A stretch of 64,000 bases of DNA from Solirubrobacteraceae bacterium (GCA_051985625.1 JBPYFQ010000167.1:13973-77972), one strand, 5' to 3'; shown: positions 27,701 through 40,513, numbered from the stretch's first letter. Notes: generated by a model not told the origin, from the letters alone. Made by a program: numbers and translations.

Positions 27701-28765
27701 ATGCACGGCGTGGACGCACCGCGGATCGTGATCGGCGCGGGTGGGACCGCCGGTCACGTGGTGCCGGCGCTCGCAGTGGCCGACGCGCTGCGGGCGCAGG
27801 GCGCCCGGGTGGTGTTCGTCGGCGGCGAGCGCGCCGAGCGGGAGCTGGTCCCCGCCGCCGGCTATGAGCTGCGCGCGCTGCGCATGCGTCCGCTGCCCCG
27901 GCGCGACCCGGCCGGGGCGGCGCGGGCCGTGGCGGTCGACGCCCGGGCGATGGCCGCCGCCGGCCGGCTCGTCCGGGAGCTGCGGCCGGCCGCCACGCTG
28001 GGGGCGGGCGGCTACGTGGCGGGGCCGATCGGGCTGGCGTCGGCGCTCGGCCGGGTGCCGCTCGTGCTCATGGAGGCCGACAGCCATCTGGGGCTGACCA
28101 ACCGGCTGCTGGCCCCGGTGGCGCGCCGGGTGTGCCTGAGCTTCCCGCTGCCCGGCCGCGACGCTCCGCGCTACCGGGTGACCGGGCGCCCCGGCCCGGA
28201 GCCGGCCACCGACCGCGCCGCCGCTCGGCGGCGGTTCGCCCTGGCCGAGGACGAGACGTGCGTCCTCGTGTTCGGCGGCTCCCAGGGAGCCCGGTCGATC
28301 AACCACGCCGCGGTGACGGCGTTCGCCGATGCCGGGTTCCGGGTGCTCCACGCGGCCGGTGAGCGGGACCTGCCGGATCTGACCTCGCCCGGCCCCCACT
28401 ACGACCTGCGCGGGTTCATCACCGAGTTCCGGGAGGCCATCCTGGCCAGCGACCTCGTCGTCGCCCGGTCAGGCGGCTCCGTGTTCGAGGTCGCCGCCCA
28501 CGGCCGTCCGATGGTCCTCGTCCCGTATCCGTACGCCGCCGCCGACCACCAGGCGGCCAACGCGCGCTTCTTCGAGGATGCGGGCGCGGCGGTCGTCATT
28601 GCCGACGGCGAGCTGACCGCGGACCGGCTGGGGCGGGTGGTCGGCGACCTGCTGGCCGATCCGGACCGTCTGGCGGCGATGGGACGGGCGGCGGCCGGCC
28701 TGGCCCGTCCGGATGCCGCGCGGGAGATCGCGGCCGAGGTGCTGGCGGCCGCGCAAGCCGGGTAG
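27701..28765 (+). CDS. murG: Lipid II GlcNAc transferase
   Basis: GGTAGHVVPA, GGYV, FGGSQGA, RSGGS..E, DHQAANA. Confidence 0.95.
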   Translation: MHGVDAPRIVIGAGGTAGHVVPALAVADALRAQGARVVFVGGERAERELVPAAGYELRALRMRPLPRRDPAGAARAVAVDARAMAAAGRLVRELRPAATLGAGGYVAGPIGLASALGRVPLVLMEADSHLGLTNRLLAPVARRVCLSFPLPGRDAPRYRVTGRPGPEPATDRAAARRRFALAEDETCVLVFGGSQGARSINHAAVTAFADAGFRVLHAAGERDLPDLTSPGPHYDLRGFITEFREAILASDLVVARSGGSVFEVAAHGRPMVLVPYPYAAADHQAANARFFEDAGAAVVIADGELTADRLGRVVGDLLADPDRLAAMGRAAAGLARPDAAREIAAEVLAAAQAG

Positions 28766-28774
28766 CCTGTCCCC

Positions 28775-29053
28775 ATGGGACTGATCCTCTATCTCATCAT
28801 CCTCTTCGTGATGGGCCTGTTCGTCGGAGCCGTGGCCCGGTTGCTGCTTCCCGGCCCCGATCCGATGGGTCTGTTCATGACCGCGGTGGTTGGCCTGACC
28901 GGCTCGTTTGTCGCCGGGCTGTTCGCTTGGTACGTGCTTCATCGCCACGGCGGCGGCCTGCTGCTGTCGATCGTGTTCTCGATGCTCCTCGTCTGGCTGG
29001 TCCGCCGCTCACGCGCCGGGGCGTATGCCGGGCGCGGCCGGCGCCGTTTCTGA
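28775..29053 (+). CDS. GlsB/YeaQ/YmgE-like small membrane protein
   Basis: GLFVGAVARLLLPGPDPMG..T..VG..GS pattern, 3 TM segments. Confidence 0.75.
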   Translation: MGLILYLIILFVMGLFVGAVARLLLPGPDPMGLFMTAVVGLTGSFVAGLFAWYVLHRHGGGLLLSIVFSMLLVWLVRRSRAGAYAGRGRRRF

Positions 29054-29109
29054 CCGCTCCGGACGGGCCGTGACATCGACCAGGCCGGTCACGGCGCCGC
29101 GCCGCGGCG

Positions 29110-29601
29110 TCAGTGACCCGCGCCCGCTCGATCGACCGCTGCCACCAGCTTCGACACCGTCTGGGGGCCGAGCAGGCGGCTGACGACGTGACCGCTTGAG
29201 TCGAGTACGAATGCACTCGGCAGCCCCTGAATCCCGTAGGCGTAGCCCGCGGCTCCGGCCGGATCGGCCATCACCGGAAATGACCAGCCGAACCGGCGCA
29301 CGAACGCCACGGCGGAGCTGCGGCTGTCGCTCCAGTCGACGGCGACGACGGCCGCGCGGCCGTGGAGCGCCCGCGCCGCGCGCGCCATCGTCGGCGCCTC
29401 CGTCGTGCACGGCCCGCACCAGCTGGCGAAGAAGTCGATGAGCGCGGGCCGGCCGTGGAGCGTGGCCAGGCTGGCGGGTGCGCCTCTCAGCGCGTGGCTG
29501 GGCAGCGGCGGGGCCGGGCGCGCGGCCGACCCGGAGCCGCTCAGGATGAGCACGAGGGCGACGATGACGCCGACTGCGGCCGCGGGCAGGACGAACCGCA
29601 T
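29110..29601 (-). CDS. TlpA/ResA-like thiol-disulfide oxidoreductase
   Basis: N-terminal anchor, FFASWCGPC, YGIQGLP. Confidence 0.85.
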   Translation of the reverse strand: MRFVLPAAAVGVIVALVLILSGSGSAARPAPPLPSHALRGAPASLATLHGRPALIDFFASWCGPCTTEAPTMARAARALHGRAAVVAVDWSDSRSSAVAFVRRFGWSFPVMADPAGAAGYAYGIQGLPSAFVLDSSGHVVSRLLGPQTVSKLVAAVDRAGAGH

Positions 29602-30237
29602 CTACTGCCCCGCCAGCAGCGGCACGTCATGGGCGACCGCCGACGGCTTGAAGTTGGCCGGGTAGACCACCATCACCTGGCCGCCGCCGCTGATCCCGTA
29701 GACGAGTGCCGAGTGGTTGACCTGGTCGTTGACGGTGGGATTCGACGCCGTGATGCCCCAGGCGCGCCACACCGGCCGCAGCTGGGCGCGGGTGCCGGTC
29801 AGGTACTCCATCCGTCCCAGCATGTCGTGCCGGGCGAGGAACGCGTGCACCGCCGTCGGCGTGTCGCCCTTCGGGTCGGTCGAGACCGCTATCACTTGCA
29901 CCTTGGCGTCCTGCCGGCCCAGGAGCAGCAGCGCGTTGTGGAGGCTGGCGGTGATCAGCGGGCAGACGTCCGGGCAGTGCGTGTACAGGAACGTCAACAG
30001 GACCGCCTTGCCGCGGTAATCGGCAAGGTTGACCGGGTGGCCGAGGTAATCGTGGAGCGCCAGCGGGGGTGCCGCCTGCACGTTCGCGAGCGTCGGCCCG
30101 TCAAACGACGGAGCCGACGCCTCGGTGGCGCGGGCCTGCGAGGTGGTGCTGGTGTGCGCCGGCGCTGACGAGCCTCCGCAGCCCGCCAGCGCCAGCGCCA
30201 GGGTGAGGGCGAGCGCCCCGCCCGCCCACGATCTCAC
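29602..30237 (-). CDS. SCO1/SenC copper chaperone lipoprotein
   Basis: LAGC lipobox, FLYTHCPDVCP (CxxxC), distal His (VNHS). GTG overlaps the upstream stop. Confidence 0.9.
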   Translation of the reverse strand: MRSWAGGALALTLALALAGCGGSSAPAHTSTTSQARATEASAPSFDGPTLANVQAAPPLALHDYLGHPVNLADYRGKAVLLTFLYTHCPDVCPLITASLHNALLLLGRQDAKVQVIAVSTDPKGDTPTAVHAFLARHDMLGRMEYLTGTRAQLRPVWRAWGITASNPTVNDQVNHSALVYGISGGGQVMVVYPANFKPSAVAHDVPLLAGQ

Positions 30238-31286
30238 TTGACGACGATGGTGCCGCGCATGAACGGATGGATCAGGCACTGGAAGTTGTAGGTGCCTGGC
30301 TGGGTGAACGTGATCTTCCCCAGCTTCGGTTGCGGTGAACCCTTGACTGCCTGCAGCGCGCCGACGTTGGCAAAGCCGTTGCCGTGCGACGTCTGGTTCA
30401 ACGGAATCGGAGCCGGTGGCGGATCGCTGGGGAAGACCGACCGCGGATCGATGAGCGGCGTCGCGAACCCCTGGGCCAGCGTGTTGAGATACGGCTGCGG
30501 GCCGAACGTGGCCGTGTGAGTCTCATCGGACTGAGTCGGCATCGCGAACGTCACCGTCGTCCCTACGGGCACCTGGACGACGCCCTGGAACATCCGCAGG
30601 ACCTCCACGTCGTGGAACGCCGCGCCCAGGCTGACCCGGTCCCCATGGACCTTGGTCTTCGACAGGCGCTTGGCGATGGCGGCGGCCGCCGCCTGCTGTT
30701 TGACGATGGCCTTGGCGTTCTGGCGCGCGGTGGGGATCCGCCTGCCCTTCGGCAGCACGTTCACCACGGCATCCATCCCGGGATGGACATCACAGAAGTA
30801 CTTGTAGTGACCCGCCTTGGTGAACGTCACCTTGAACGGAGCGGGCGGCCCGAACGGGAGCCCGGAGTCGATGCGCGCGGAGCCGTTATACACGTGGCCC
30901 CCGCTCGGCGATGCCAGCGCCGGGTTGAAGCTCAACTGGGGCACCTTGCCGTTGAACCAGAACGGATTACCGCCCGCATCAAGAACGCCGTTCACGATCT
31001 TGCCGGTACTGGTGATCAGCGGCAGAGCCTTGCCGTGGTGCGCCGGGAAGTCGATGGTGTGGAAGTTGATCGACATGCCCTGCCACACGACGGTGTCACC
31101 AACGTGGACCGTCATCGCGCTGGGAAAGAACCGAAGCGCCTCGCCGTACGGATATTTCTTGGCGAGCTTCGCCTGGAACCCGGGCTGACCGCCCGCGTAC
31201 ACCACATGTGAGCGCGCGCTCGCGATCGCCGGCAGAGCAGCGAAACCGATAGCGGCGACTGCCGCCCCGACCCCAATACGTCTCAT
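30234..31286 (-). CDS. Secreted protein with two cupredoxin domains
   Basis: Signal peptide; FHT...YFCDVHPGM and THT...FQCLIHPFM type-1 copper ligand sets. Confidence 0.8.
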   Translation of the reverse strand: MRRIGVGAAVAAIGFAALPAIASARSHVVYAGGQPGFQAKLAKKYPYGEALRFFPSAMTVHVGDTVVWQGMSINFHTIDFPAHHGKALPLITSTGKIVNGVLDAGGNPFWFNGKVPQLSFNPALASPSGGHVYNGSARIDSGLPFGPPAPFKVTFTKAGHYKYFCDVHPGMDAVVNVLPKGRRIPTARQNAKAIVKQQAAAAAIAKRLSKTKVHGDRVSLGAAFHDVEVLRMFQGVVQVPVGTTVTFAMPTQSDETHTATFGPQPYLNTLAQGFATPLIDPRSVFPSDPPPAPIPLNQTSHGNGFANVGALQAVKGSPQPKLGKITFTQPGTYNFQCLIHPFMRGTIVVK

Positions 31287-31389
31287 GGCAAACCCCCGAT
31301 TGTCCGCCCTTGACCTTTCTTGGCGGCGGGAATCATATTGACGCCGCCGGGGGGATGCAAGCGGACTCAGTAATCCGCCCGGAGGGATA

Positions 31390-32682
31390 TCAGTAGGGCC
31401 GGCTGGGGAATCCGGGACCAAGCTGCTGGTTCCCGTCCTCGGCCATGGCGATCGCGCGGGCCGGCCAGAATACGCCGCCGGGAGGCCCGCCACCACAGCC
31501 CGAGCTGTTGCCCGGCGGGTGGGTCCACAGGAACCCGTCGGCGTGCGGGAACCCGGTGGCGGCGGTGTCCAGCGGACCGATCCCGCGGCCGGGCGGGTTG
31601 CACAGGTCCGCGTTGCCGTGGTGGACGCGATCCCGGTTGCGCAGGGGTCCGCGCCCGTTATCGGAGGTGTTGACGATGAAGTGCGCGCCGTGGGTGCGCC
31701 GGGAGATCCGGTTCGCCCAGCGAATCTCGTTGATCGTCCAGTTCTCGTGAGTGTCGTTGGTGAAGAACCCGCGGATCCGGCTGACATGGATGGCGTTGAG
31801 CACCCGCGCGGTGTAGCCGACCGAGTTGCTGTCCGAGTAGCCGCCCTCGACGTAGACGACGGTGTGGGGGAGGGCGCCAACCTTGGCGATCTCGTAGCGC
31901 AGGTCGGCCTCCCAGGCGGGCAACGCGCCGTGGGATTGGAGGCAGTGCGACGACCCGACGCCGTCGATCTCGAGCAGAAAGACAGCTGGGCGCCGGTCGA
32001 TGGCGGCGGCCATGGCGTTGATCTGGGCGTGGAAGAGCCGGTTGTAGGCGCGGACCTCGGTCAGCGTGGGGCAGCCCCCCAACTTCGCGTGCAGGAAGTA
32101 GGTGTTGAAGATCGGGATTGTTCCCGGATCGGCCTGCATGTTCTGGCAGAAGATCTTCTCGGTCTGGCCGAAGATCCCGGCCGGCGAGCCGCCCTCGGAG
32201 TACATGCTGATCCGCTGCGCCTCCGGCTGGGCGGCGATCTTCGACAACTCGGCGACCTCTTGAGCGACGGTGGGGTTGGCCGCCAGCCGCGCCGCCAGCG
32301 GTCGGGATGACAGGGCGCCGGCGAACTGTGCCCAGGACTCGCTGATGGGGAGCAACTGGGGGTTGAGCCCCACCAACTGGGCGATCGCCTTCGCCGCCGA
32401 GCCCTTGGCCGGCCCAGGGACGAAGAAGCTGGCGCCGGTGAGCGGGTCGGGGCCGGGCGCGGTCGGGAGATCAAGCGGGTTGGACGGATCGCGCCTGCGC
32501 GGGTAGCGCTCGGGGCACTGCTGGCGGTACCGCGCCGAGTGCGCCCGGTGGGTCCGGCTGAACGCGCTCGTCGCCGTCAGGAGCGACAGGGCGGACAGGG
32601 CGGCCAGCGCGGCCAGCGCGGCCAGCGCGTGGGTCCCGGCACGCCGCCGTCTGGCTCGGGGATGCGCTGTCGGCTCGGACAC
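31390..32682 (-). CDS. Secreted GH6-like protein (divergent)
   Basis: LLEIDG, RGFFTND, FIVNTSDNGRG, CNPPGRGIG and DGFLW..PPG resemble GH6 motifs. Confidence 0.7.
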   Translation of the reverse strand: MSEPTAHPRARRRRAGTHALAALAALAALSALSLLTATSAFSRTHRAHSARYRQQCPERYPRRRDPSNPLDLPTAPGPDPLTGASFFVPGPAKGSAAKAIAQLVGLNPQLLPISESWAQFAGALSSRPLAARLAANPTVAQEVAELSKIAAQPEAQRISMYSEGGSPAGIFGQTEKIFCQNMQADPGTIPIFNTYFLHAKLGGCPTLTEVRAYNRLFHAQINAMAAAIDRRPAVFLLEIDGVGSSHCLQSHGALPAWEADLRYEIAKVGALPHTVVYVEGGYSDSNSVGYTARVLNAIHVSRIRGFFTNDTHENWTINEIRWANRISRRTHGAHFIVNTSDNGRGPLRNRDRVHHGNADLCNPPGRGIGPLDTAATGFPHADGFLWTHPPGNSSGCGGGPPGGVFWPARAIAMAEDGNQQLGPGFPSRPY

Positions 32683-32870
32683 GGGAGCGGGGAATGTATC
32701 GCTCGACCGGCAGGGCGTATATCGAGTTTTGCAGCGACTTTGATTGATTTGATCACGTTTTAGTCACATTCAGGTTTCCGGTCTGACCGCCGGATTGTGC
32801 CCTCCGGGACTTGGCGGTCGTATAGCCTCGCGTCAGGCAGTTCGAACCCAACGTGGGAAACTGGAGCGCG

Positions 32871-33275
32871 ATGCTCTTCGGCCAGCAACACGTCAAGCGG
32901 TACCGGGAGACGGACGGCGCCGAGGGGCACGCCTGGCAGGGGGGGACGACCGTCCTGCTCCTCACCACCACGGGCCGGCGCTCCGGTGCATCGCGCACCA
33001 CGCCGCTCATCTACGGCCGCGACGGCGACAACTACGTGGTCGTGGCCTCCAAGGGCGGGGCCGATGAGCATCCGGCCTGGTACCTCAACCTCCAGAAGGA
33101 TCCAGAGGTGGAGGTTCAGGTTCTGGGCGATCGGTTCACGGCGCGGGCACGCGCCGCCACCGACGAGGAGAAGCCGCGCCTGTGGCAGGCGGCGGTCGAG
33201 CGCTGGCCGGCGTATGCCGACTACCAGCGCCGGACCGAGCGCGACATCCCCGTGGTCGTCCTCGAGCGCTCCTGA
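32871..33275 (+). CDS. Deazaflavin (F420)-dependent nitroreductase family (Ddn-like)
   Basis: LLTTTGRRSG..RTTPL, VASKGGA..HPAWYLNL, YQ.RTERDIPVV. Confidence 0.9.
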   Translation: MLFGQQHVKRYRETDGAEGHAWQGGTTVLLLTTTGRRSGASRTTPLIYGRDGDNYVVVASKGGADEHPAWYLNLQKDPEVEVQVLGDRFTARARAATDEEKPRLWQAAVERWPAYADYQRRTERDIPVVVLERS

Positions 33276-34600
33276 CCCCGCCGCCCGGCACCGAGGCGGC
33301 CTGGAAGGGTCGCCGGCTGCACTTCGTCGGAATCGGCGGGGCCGGCATGAGCGGCCTGGCCCTGATCAGCGCCGCCCTCGGGGCGGCGGTGACCGGCTCG
33401 GACCGGGCGCCGTCCTCCTACACCGAGCGCCTGCGCCAGCACGGGATCGAGCCGAGCTTCGGCCATGCCGCGGCGAACGTGCCGGACGGAGCCGAGGTCG
33501 TCTACTCGACCGCAATCCCGCCGGATAACCCGGAGCGGCTGGCGGCCGGCACCGAGTTGCACCGCGCCGACCTGCTGGCCCAGATCGCCGCGCTGCGCCG
33601 CTGCCTGGCAATCACCGGGACCCACGGGAAGACGACCACCTCGGCCATGGCCGTCCATGCCCTGCGCGGGGCGGGCCTTGACCCCTCATACGTCGTCGGC
33701 GGCGAACTGCGATCGACGGGCAGCAACGCCGGGTGGGGGCGCGGGGAGTGGATCGTCGTCGAGGCCGACGAGTCCGACCGCTCGCTGCTCAAGCTCCAGC
33801 CGGAAATCGCCGTGCTGACGAACGCCGAGCTCGACCACCACGCCACCTACCGCTCGCGCCTGGACCTGGAGGCCACCTTCCGGGAGTTCATGGGCCGCGC
33901 CGGTGAGCGCGCCGTCGTCTGGGACCGCCCGGCACTGCGGGCGCTGTGCCCGCCCGGGGCGGCCGCCTACGACGCCCCGGACGCCGATCTGGCGGCCAGC
34001 GGATCGCACTTTTCCTGGCGCGGCATCGACGTCCGGCTGACCGTGCCGGGCGCCCATAACGCCGTCAACGCCGCCGGGGCGCTCACCGCGTGCGCACTGG
34101 CCGGCGCCGACCCCGAGCGGGCGACGGCGGCCCTGGCCGACTTCCAGGGGGCCCGGCGGCGTATGGAGCGCCTGGGAGCCACGGCGACCGGGGCCGAGGT
34201 CTACGACGACTACGCCCATCACCCCACCGAGGTCGCCGCCGCCATCGCCGCCGCGCGGACCCTGGCCACCCGCCGCCTGGTCGCCGTGTTCCAGCCCCAC
34301 CTTTACTCGCGCACGCGCGCGCTCGCGCGGGGATTTGGTGCGGCGCTGGCCGCCGCCGATTCCGTGGTGGTGCTGCCGATCTACCCGGCCCGGGAGGCCG
34401 CGGAGGACTTCCCGGGCGTGAGCGGCCGGCTCGTCGCGGCCTGGGCGGCCGACGCTCCCGGCCGACGGCCGGTGGCCTGGCTGCCCGGATTCGACATCGC
34501 GCGCGGCTTCCTGGCCGACACCCTCCGGTCCGGCGACCTGTGTCTGATGATGGGGGCGGGGAATATCGACTCGCTCGGTCGCTCGCTCGTCGTCGCCTAG
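33272..34600 (+). CDS. murC: UDP-MurNAc:L-Ala ligase (start uncertain)
   Basis: HFVGIGGAGMSG, GTHGKTTT, EADESD, DDYAHHPTE, FQPHLYSRT. Confidence 0.93.
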   Translation: MTPPPGTEAAWKGRRLHFVGIGGAGMSGLALISAALGAAVTGSDRAPSSYTERLRQHGIEPSFGHAAANVPDGAEVVYSTAIPPDNPERLAAGTELHRADLLAQIAALRRCLAITGTHGKTTTSAMAVHALRGAGLDPSYVVGGELRSTGSNAGWGRGEWIVVEADESDRSLLKLQPEIAVLTNAELDHHATYRSRLDLEATFREFMGRAGERAVVWDRPALRALCPPGAAAYDAPDADLAASGSHFSWRGIDVRLTVPGAHNAVNAAGALTACALAGADPERATAALADFQGARRRMERLGATATGAEVYDDYAHHPTEVAAAIAAARTLATRRLVAVFQPHLYSRTRALARGFGAALAAADSVVVLPIYPAREAAEDFPGVSGRLVAAWAADAPGRRPVAWLPGFDIARGFLADTLRSGDLCLMMGAGNIDSLGRSLVVA

Positions 34601-34687
34601 GCACCACCGGGCTGACCGGTCGGGTGGGCGGGGGTGGGCGAGGTCCGATTTTTGGCGGCCGGGGCGCCGACTACTCTGGCTTGCGGC

Positions 34688-34948
34688 ATGGCAGATGTCC
34701 CCGACGGCGTCCAGCGCGATGACCCGCCGGCCCGGCTGACGGGCGGGCGGGCGAACGAGGTAGGGGTCGTCGGCTCCGGGTCGAACCTCCTCATAGCGGA
34801 CACGGGCGTCCGCCGACTTGCCTTGAAACTCGACCACGAGCTCAGCCAGATCCCGGTACAGAGCTCCCGCATCGATTGTGGGGGCGGCGCCCGCCTGCCC
34901 GCGGTCTCCGCGTTGCGGTCGTGCCCCACCGAATGGAGCCGCTCGTGA
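34688..34948 (+). pseudogene. murB: murB relic with large internal deletions
   Basis: 86-aa ORF between murC and ftsQ retaining GVQRD.P.ARLT, VGSGSNLLIAD.GV and CGGGARLP, but lacking the rest of the roughly 300-aa enzyme. Confidence 0.75.
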
Positions 34949-35847
34949 TCGGCTCCGGGCGCAGCCAGGCGGCGCCCCGCCGCCGGGCGTCGGCGACCAT
35001 GCCGGGCCGGCGGGCCGCCGGACGGGCGCGTCCCATCCACCGCTGGCTCCCGCGCCCCCGGCCGCGCCTGATCGCCGCGCTGCTCGTCGGCGTCCTGCTC
35101 GCCGGCGGCGGCTGGCTGTGGCTGCGCAACTCCTCGCTGGTGGCGGTCCGCCAGGTGACGGTCACCGGGGTCAGCGGTCCCGACGCGGGGCAGATCCGCT
35201 CGGCACTGACCGGCGCCGCCCGGGGGATGACGACCCTCGACGTGAAGTTCGCCGCCCTCCGGACGGCGATCAGGCCCTACCCGGTCGTCAAGCACCTGAC
35301 GGTGAGCACCAGCTTCCCGCACGCGATGACGATCGACGTCGCTGAGCAGGTCCCGGTCGCCGAGATCGCGGCCGGGGGTCGCCAGATCCCGGTGTCGGCC
35401 GACGGGACGCTGCTGCACGACGCCGGTTCCACCGGCTCGCTGCCGACGATCGCGGTCTCGGTCCTTCCGGGCGGCACGCACATCGACGGGTCCACAGCGC
35501 CGGAGGTCAGGCTCCTCGGCGCGGCGCCATACGCGCTGCTGGCCAAGGTGGCGCAGGTCTCGAGCGACCCCACCCGCGGGCTCGTCGCCACGCTGCGCAA
35601 CGGCCCCAAGGTGTACTTCGGCGACGCCTCGGACCTGGGCGCCAAGTGGGCGGCCGCGGTCGCCGTGCTGGCCTCCTCGAGCTCCGCCGGCGCGGATTAC
35701 ATCGACGTCACCGACGCGTCGCGGCCTGCCGCCGGGGCCGGTGCAGACTCCGGCTCGGGCACCTCCACGGCCTCCGGCTCCGGCGCCACGGGTGGGACCG
35801 GAACGGCTCCAAGCTCAGGCGGGACGGGGACAACGGGCGGAGGCTGA
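34933..35847 (+). CDS. ftsQ: Cell division protein FtsQ/DivIB
   Basis: Basic N-terminal tail, single TM, POTRA-like V..VTVTG segment, position upstream of ftsZ. Confidence 0.8.
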   Translation: MEPLVIGSGRSQAAPRRRASATMPGRRAAGRARPIHRWLPRPRPRLIAALLVGVLLAGGGWLWLRNSSLVAVRQVTVTGVSGPDAGQIRSALTGAARGMTTLDVKFAALRTAIRPYPVVKHLTVSTSFPHAMTIDVAEQVPVAEIAAGGRQIPVSADGTLLHDAGSTGSLPTIAVSVLPGGTHIDGSTAPEVRLLGAAPYALLAKVAQVSSDPTRGLVATLRNGPKVYFGDASDLGAKWAAAVAVLASSSSAGADYIDVTDASRPAAGAGADSGSGTSTASGSGATGGTGTAPSSGGTGTTGGG

Positions 35848-35944
35848 AGCTCAAGTCGAGGGTTAGCCTGGGCCTTTTCCCAACTCTCGGCTATTGTCGA
35901 GAGTTCGTCGATCTGCAACGATCGTTGCGGCAGTGGGCGCAGCG

Positions 35945-35974
35945 TTGACTTCGCGCATCCTTAGCCCCTAACGT
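35945..35974 (+). promoter_or_regulatory. Candidate housekeeping-sigma promoter for ftsZ
   Basis: TTGACT-N18-TAACGT. Confidence 0.55.
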
Positions 35975-36043
35975 GCCAAACTGGTCACGAGGCGCGATGG
36001 ACGCCCAAACCTTCAACCCTAACTAGAGGGTCGGACGAATCTC

Positions 36044-39116
<3,073 letters not shown>

Positions 39117-39123
39117 CCGGAAC

Positions 39124-39525
39124 TCAGCCCACCCGGTCGAGGTCGTCGGGCAGGCCCACCCACGGGTGCCGGCGCGACGCGTGATACATCGATCGCACGG
39201 GAGGCGGGAACTCGGGATCCGCGAACGCCCCGACCGGGATGGCCACCGCGTCCGGCTGCGAGCCGAGCACGAAGTACACCGTCGAGCCGCAGTGCGGACA
39301 GAAGCTGAACGTGCGGGGCTCGCCATCGTCGTCCGCCGAGCGCACGAACTCGCGCGCCTCCCCGGTGACGTGAACGCGGTCACGCGGGAACCGGGCCTGC
39401 ACGGCGAACGCGCTCCCCGTCCGGCGCTGGCAGGCCAGGCAGTGGCACACCGAGACCCGGATCGGCTCTCCCTCCGCTTCGGCCCGCAGTTGCCCGCAGG
39501 AGCACGCGGCCGTCCGTGTGATCAT
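39124..39525 (-). CDS. GFA/CENP-V family protein
   Basis: CSCG, CHCLACQRRTG and FCPHCGS zinc ligands. Confidence 0.9.
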   Translation of the reverse strand: MITRTAACSCGQLRAEAEGEPIRVSVCHCLACQRRTGSAFAVQARFPRDRVHVTGEAREFVRSADDDGEPRTFSFCPHCGSTVYFVLGSQPDAVAIPVGAFADPEFPPPVRSMYHASRRHPWVGLPDDLDRVG

Positions 39526-39707
39526 GCCCGGGACACTACCGCCCGACTCGATCGCCGCCACGGGTTGGTGGGAGGTTCGCTCAGCAACCACCAGATGACA
39601 CTCGTGGCACCGGCAGCGTTATCGGCCCGCGGCCGCCGCTTGCGTTGTCGGCAGGCGACGGGCAGGATGCGCGTGAGCGATAACTGAGAACCAGGGGGAC
39701 CCGGGTC

Positions 39708-40513
39708 ATGCCGCAGGCCGACGTCGACGGGCTCAGGATCAACTACGAGATACAGGGCGAGGGGGATCCGCTCCTGCTCATTCCCTACACGGCCGCCGAC
39801 AACGCGTGCTACGCGTTCCAACTGCCGGCCTACACCGAGCACTTCACGTGCATCGGGTCGACCTGCCGGGATCCGGGAAGAGCGACAAGCCGGCCGGCCC
39901 GTACGCCACCGAGGCGTACGCCGACCAACTGGCCGCGTTCCTCGGGGCGATCGGGATCGAGCACGCCCACGTGGCCGGCGTCTCGCTCGGCGCGGCGGTG
40001 GCCACCCATCTGGCGGGGCGTCACCCCGAACGCGTGCGGACGCTGTCGCTGCACAGCGCCTGGGACCGCACCGACGTCTACCTGCGCACGGTCGTGGAGC
40101 TCTGGCGCGCGCTGGCCGGCGCGCTGCCCGCCGTGGCGGACGTCGTCATCCAGGGCATCTTCCCATTTTGCTTCACGCCGCAGATGTACGACGAGCGGCC
40201 CGACTACGCGGAGGCTCTGGCCGACTTCGTGCGGGGCCGTCCGGTGCAGCCGCCAGAGGCCTTCCTGGCCCAGATTGACGCCGTCCTGGCCCACGACGCC
40301 TCGGCGGTCCTCGGCGACATCGCCGCGCCCACGCTGGTCACGTTCGGCGCGCACGACGTCGTCACCTCAACGCGGTTCGCCGCTCCCCTGACGGAGGGGA
40401 TCGCCGACAGCACGCTGGTCGTGTTCGACCACCTGTCCCACGCGGGACTGCACGAGGATCCCGACGCGTTCAACGGCGCAACGCTCGAGTTCCTGCTCAG
40501 CCGGGGCGGCTAG
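39708..40513 (+). pseudogene. Alpha/beta hydrolase with a frameshift near 39855
   Basis: The N-terminus (INYEIQGEGDPLLLI) and the remainder (VDLPGSGKSD, GVSLG nucleophile elbow) are in different frames. Confidence 0.75.
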
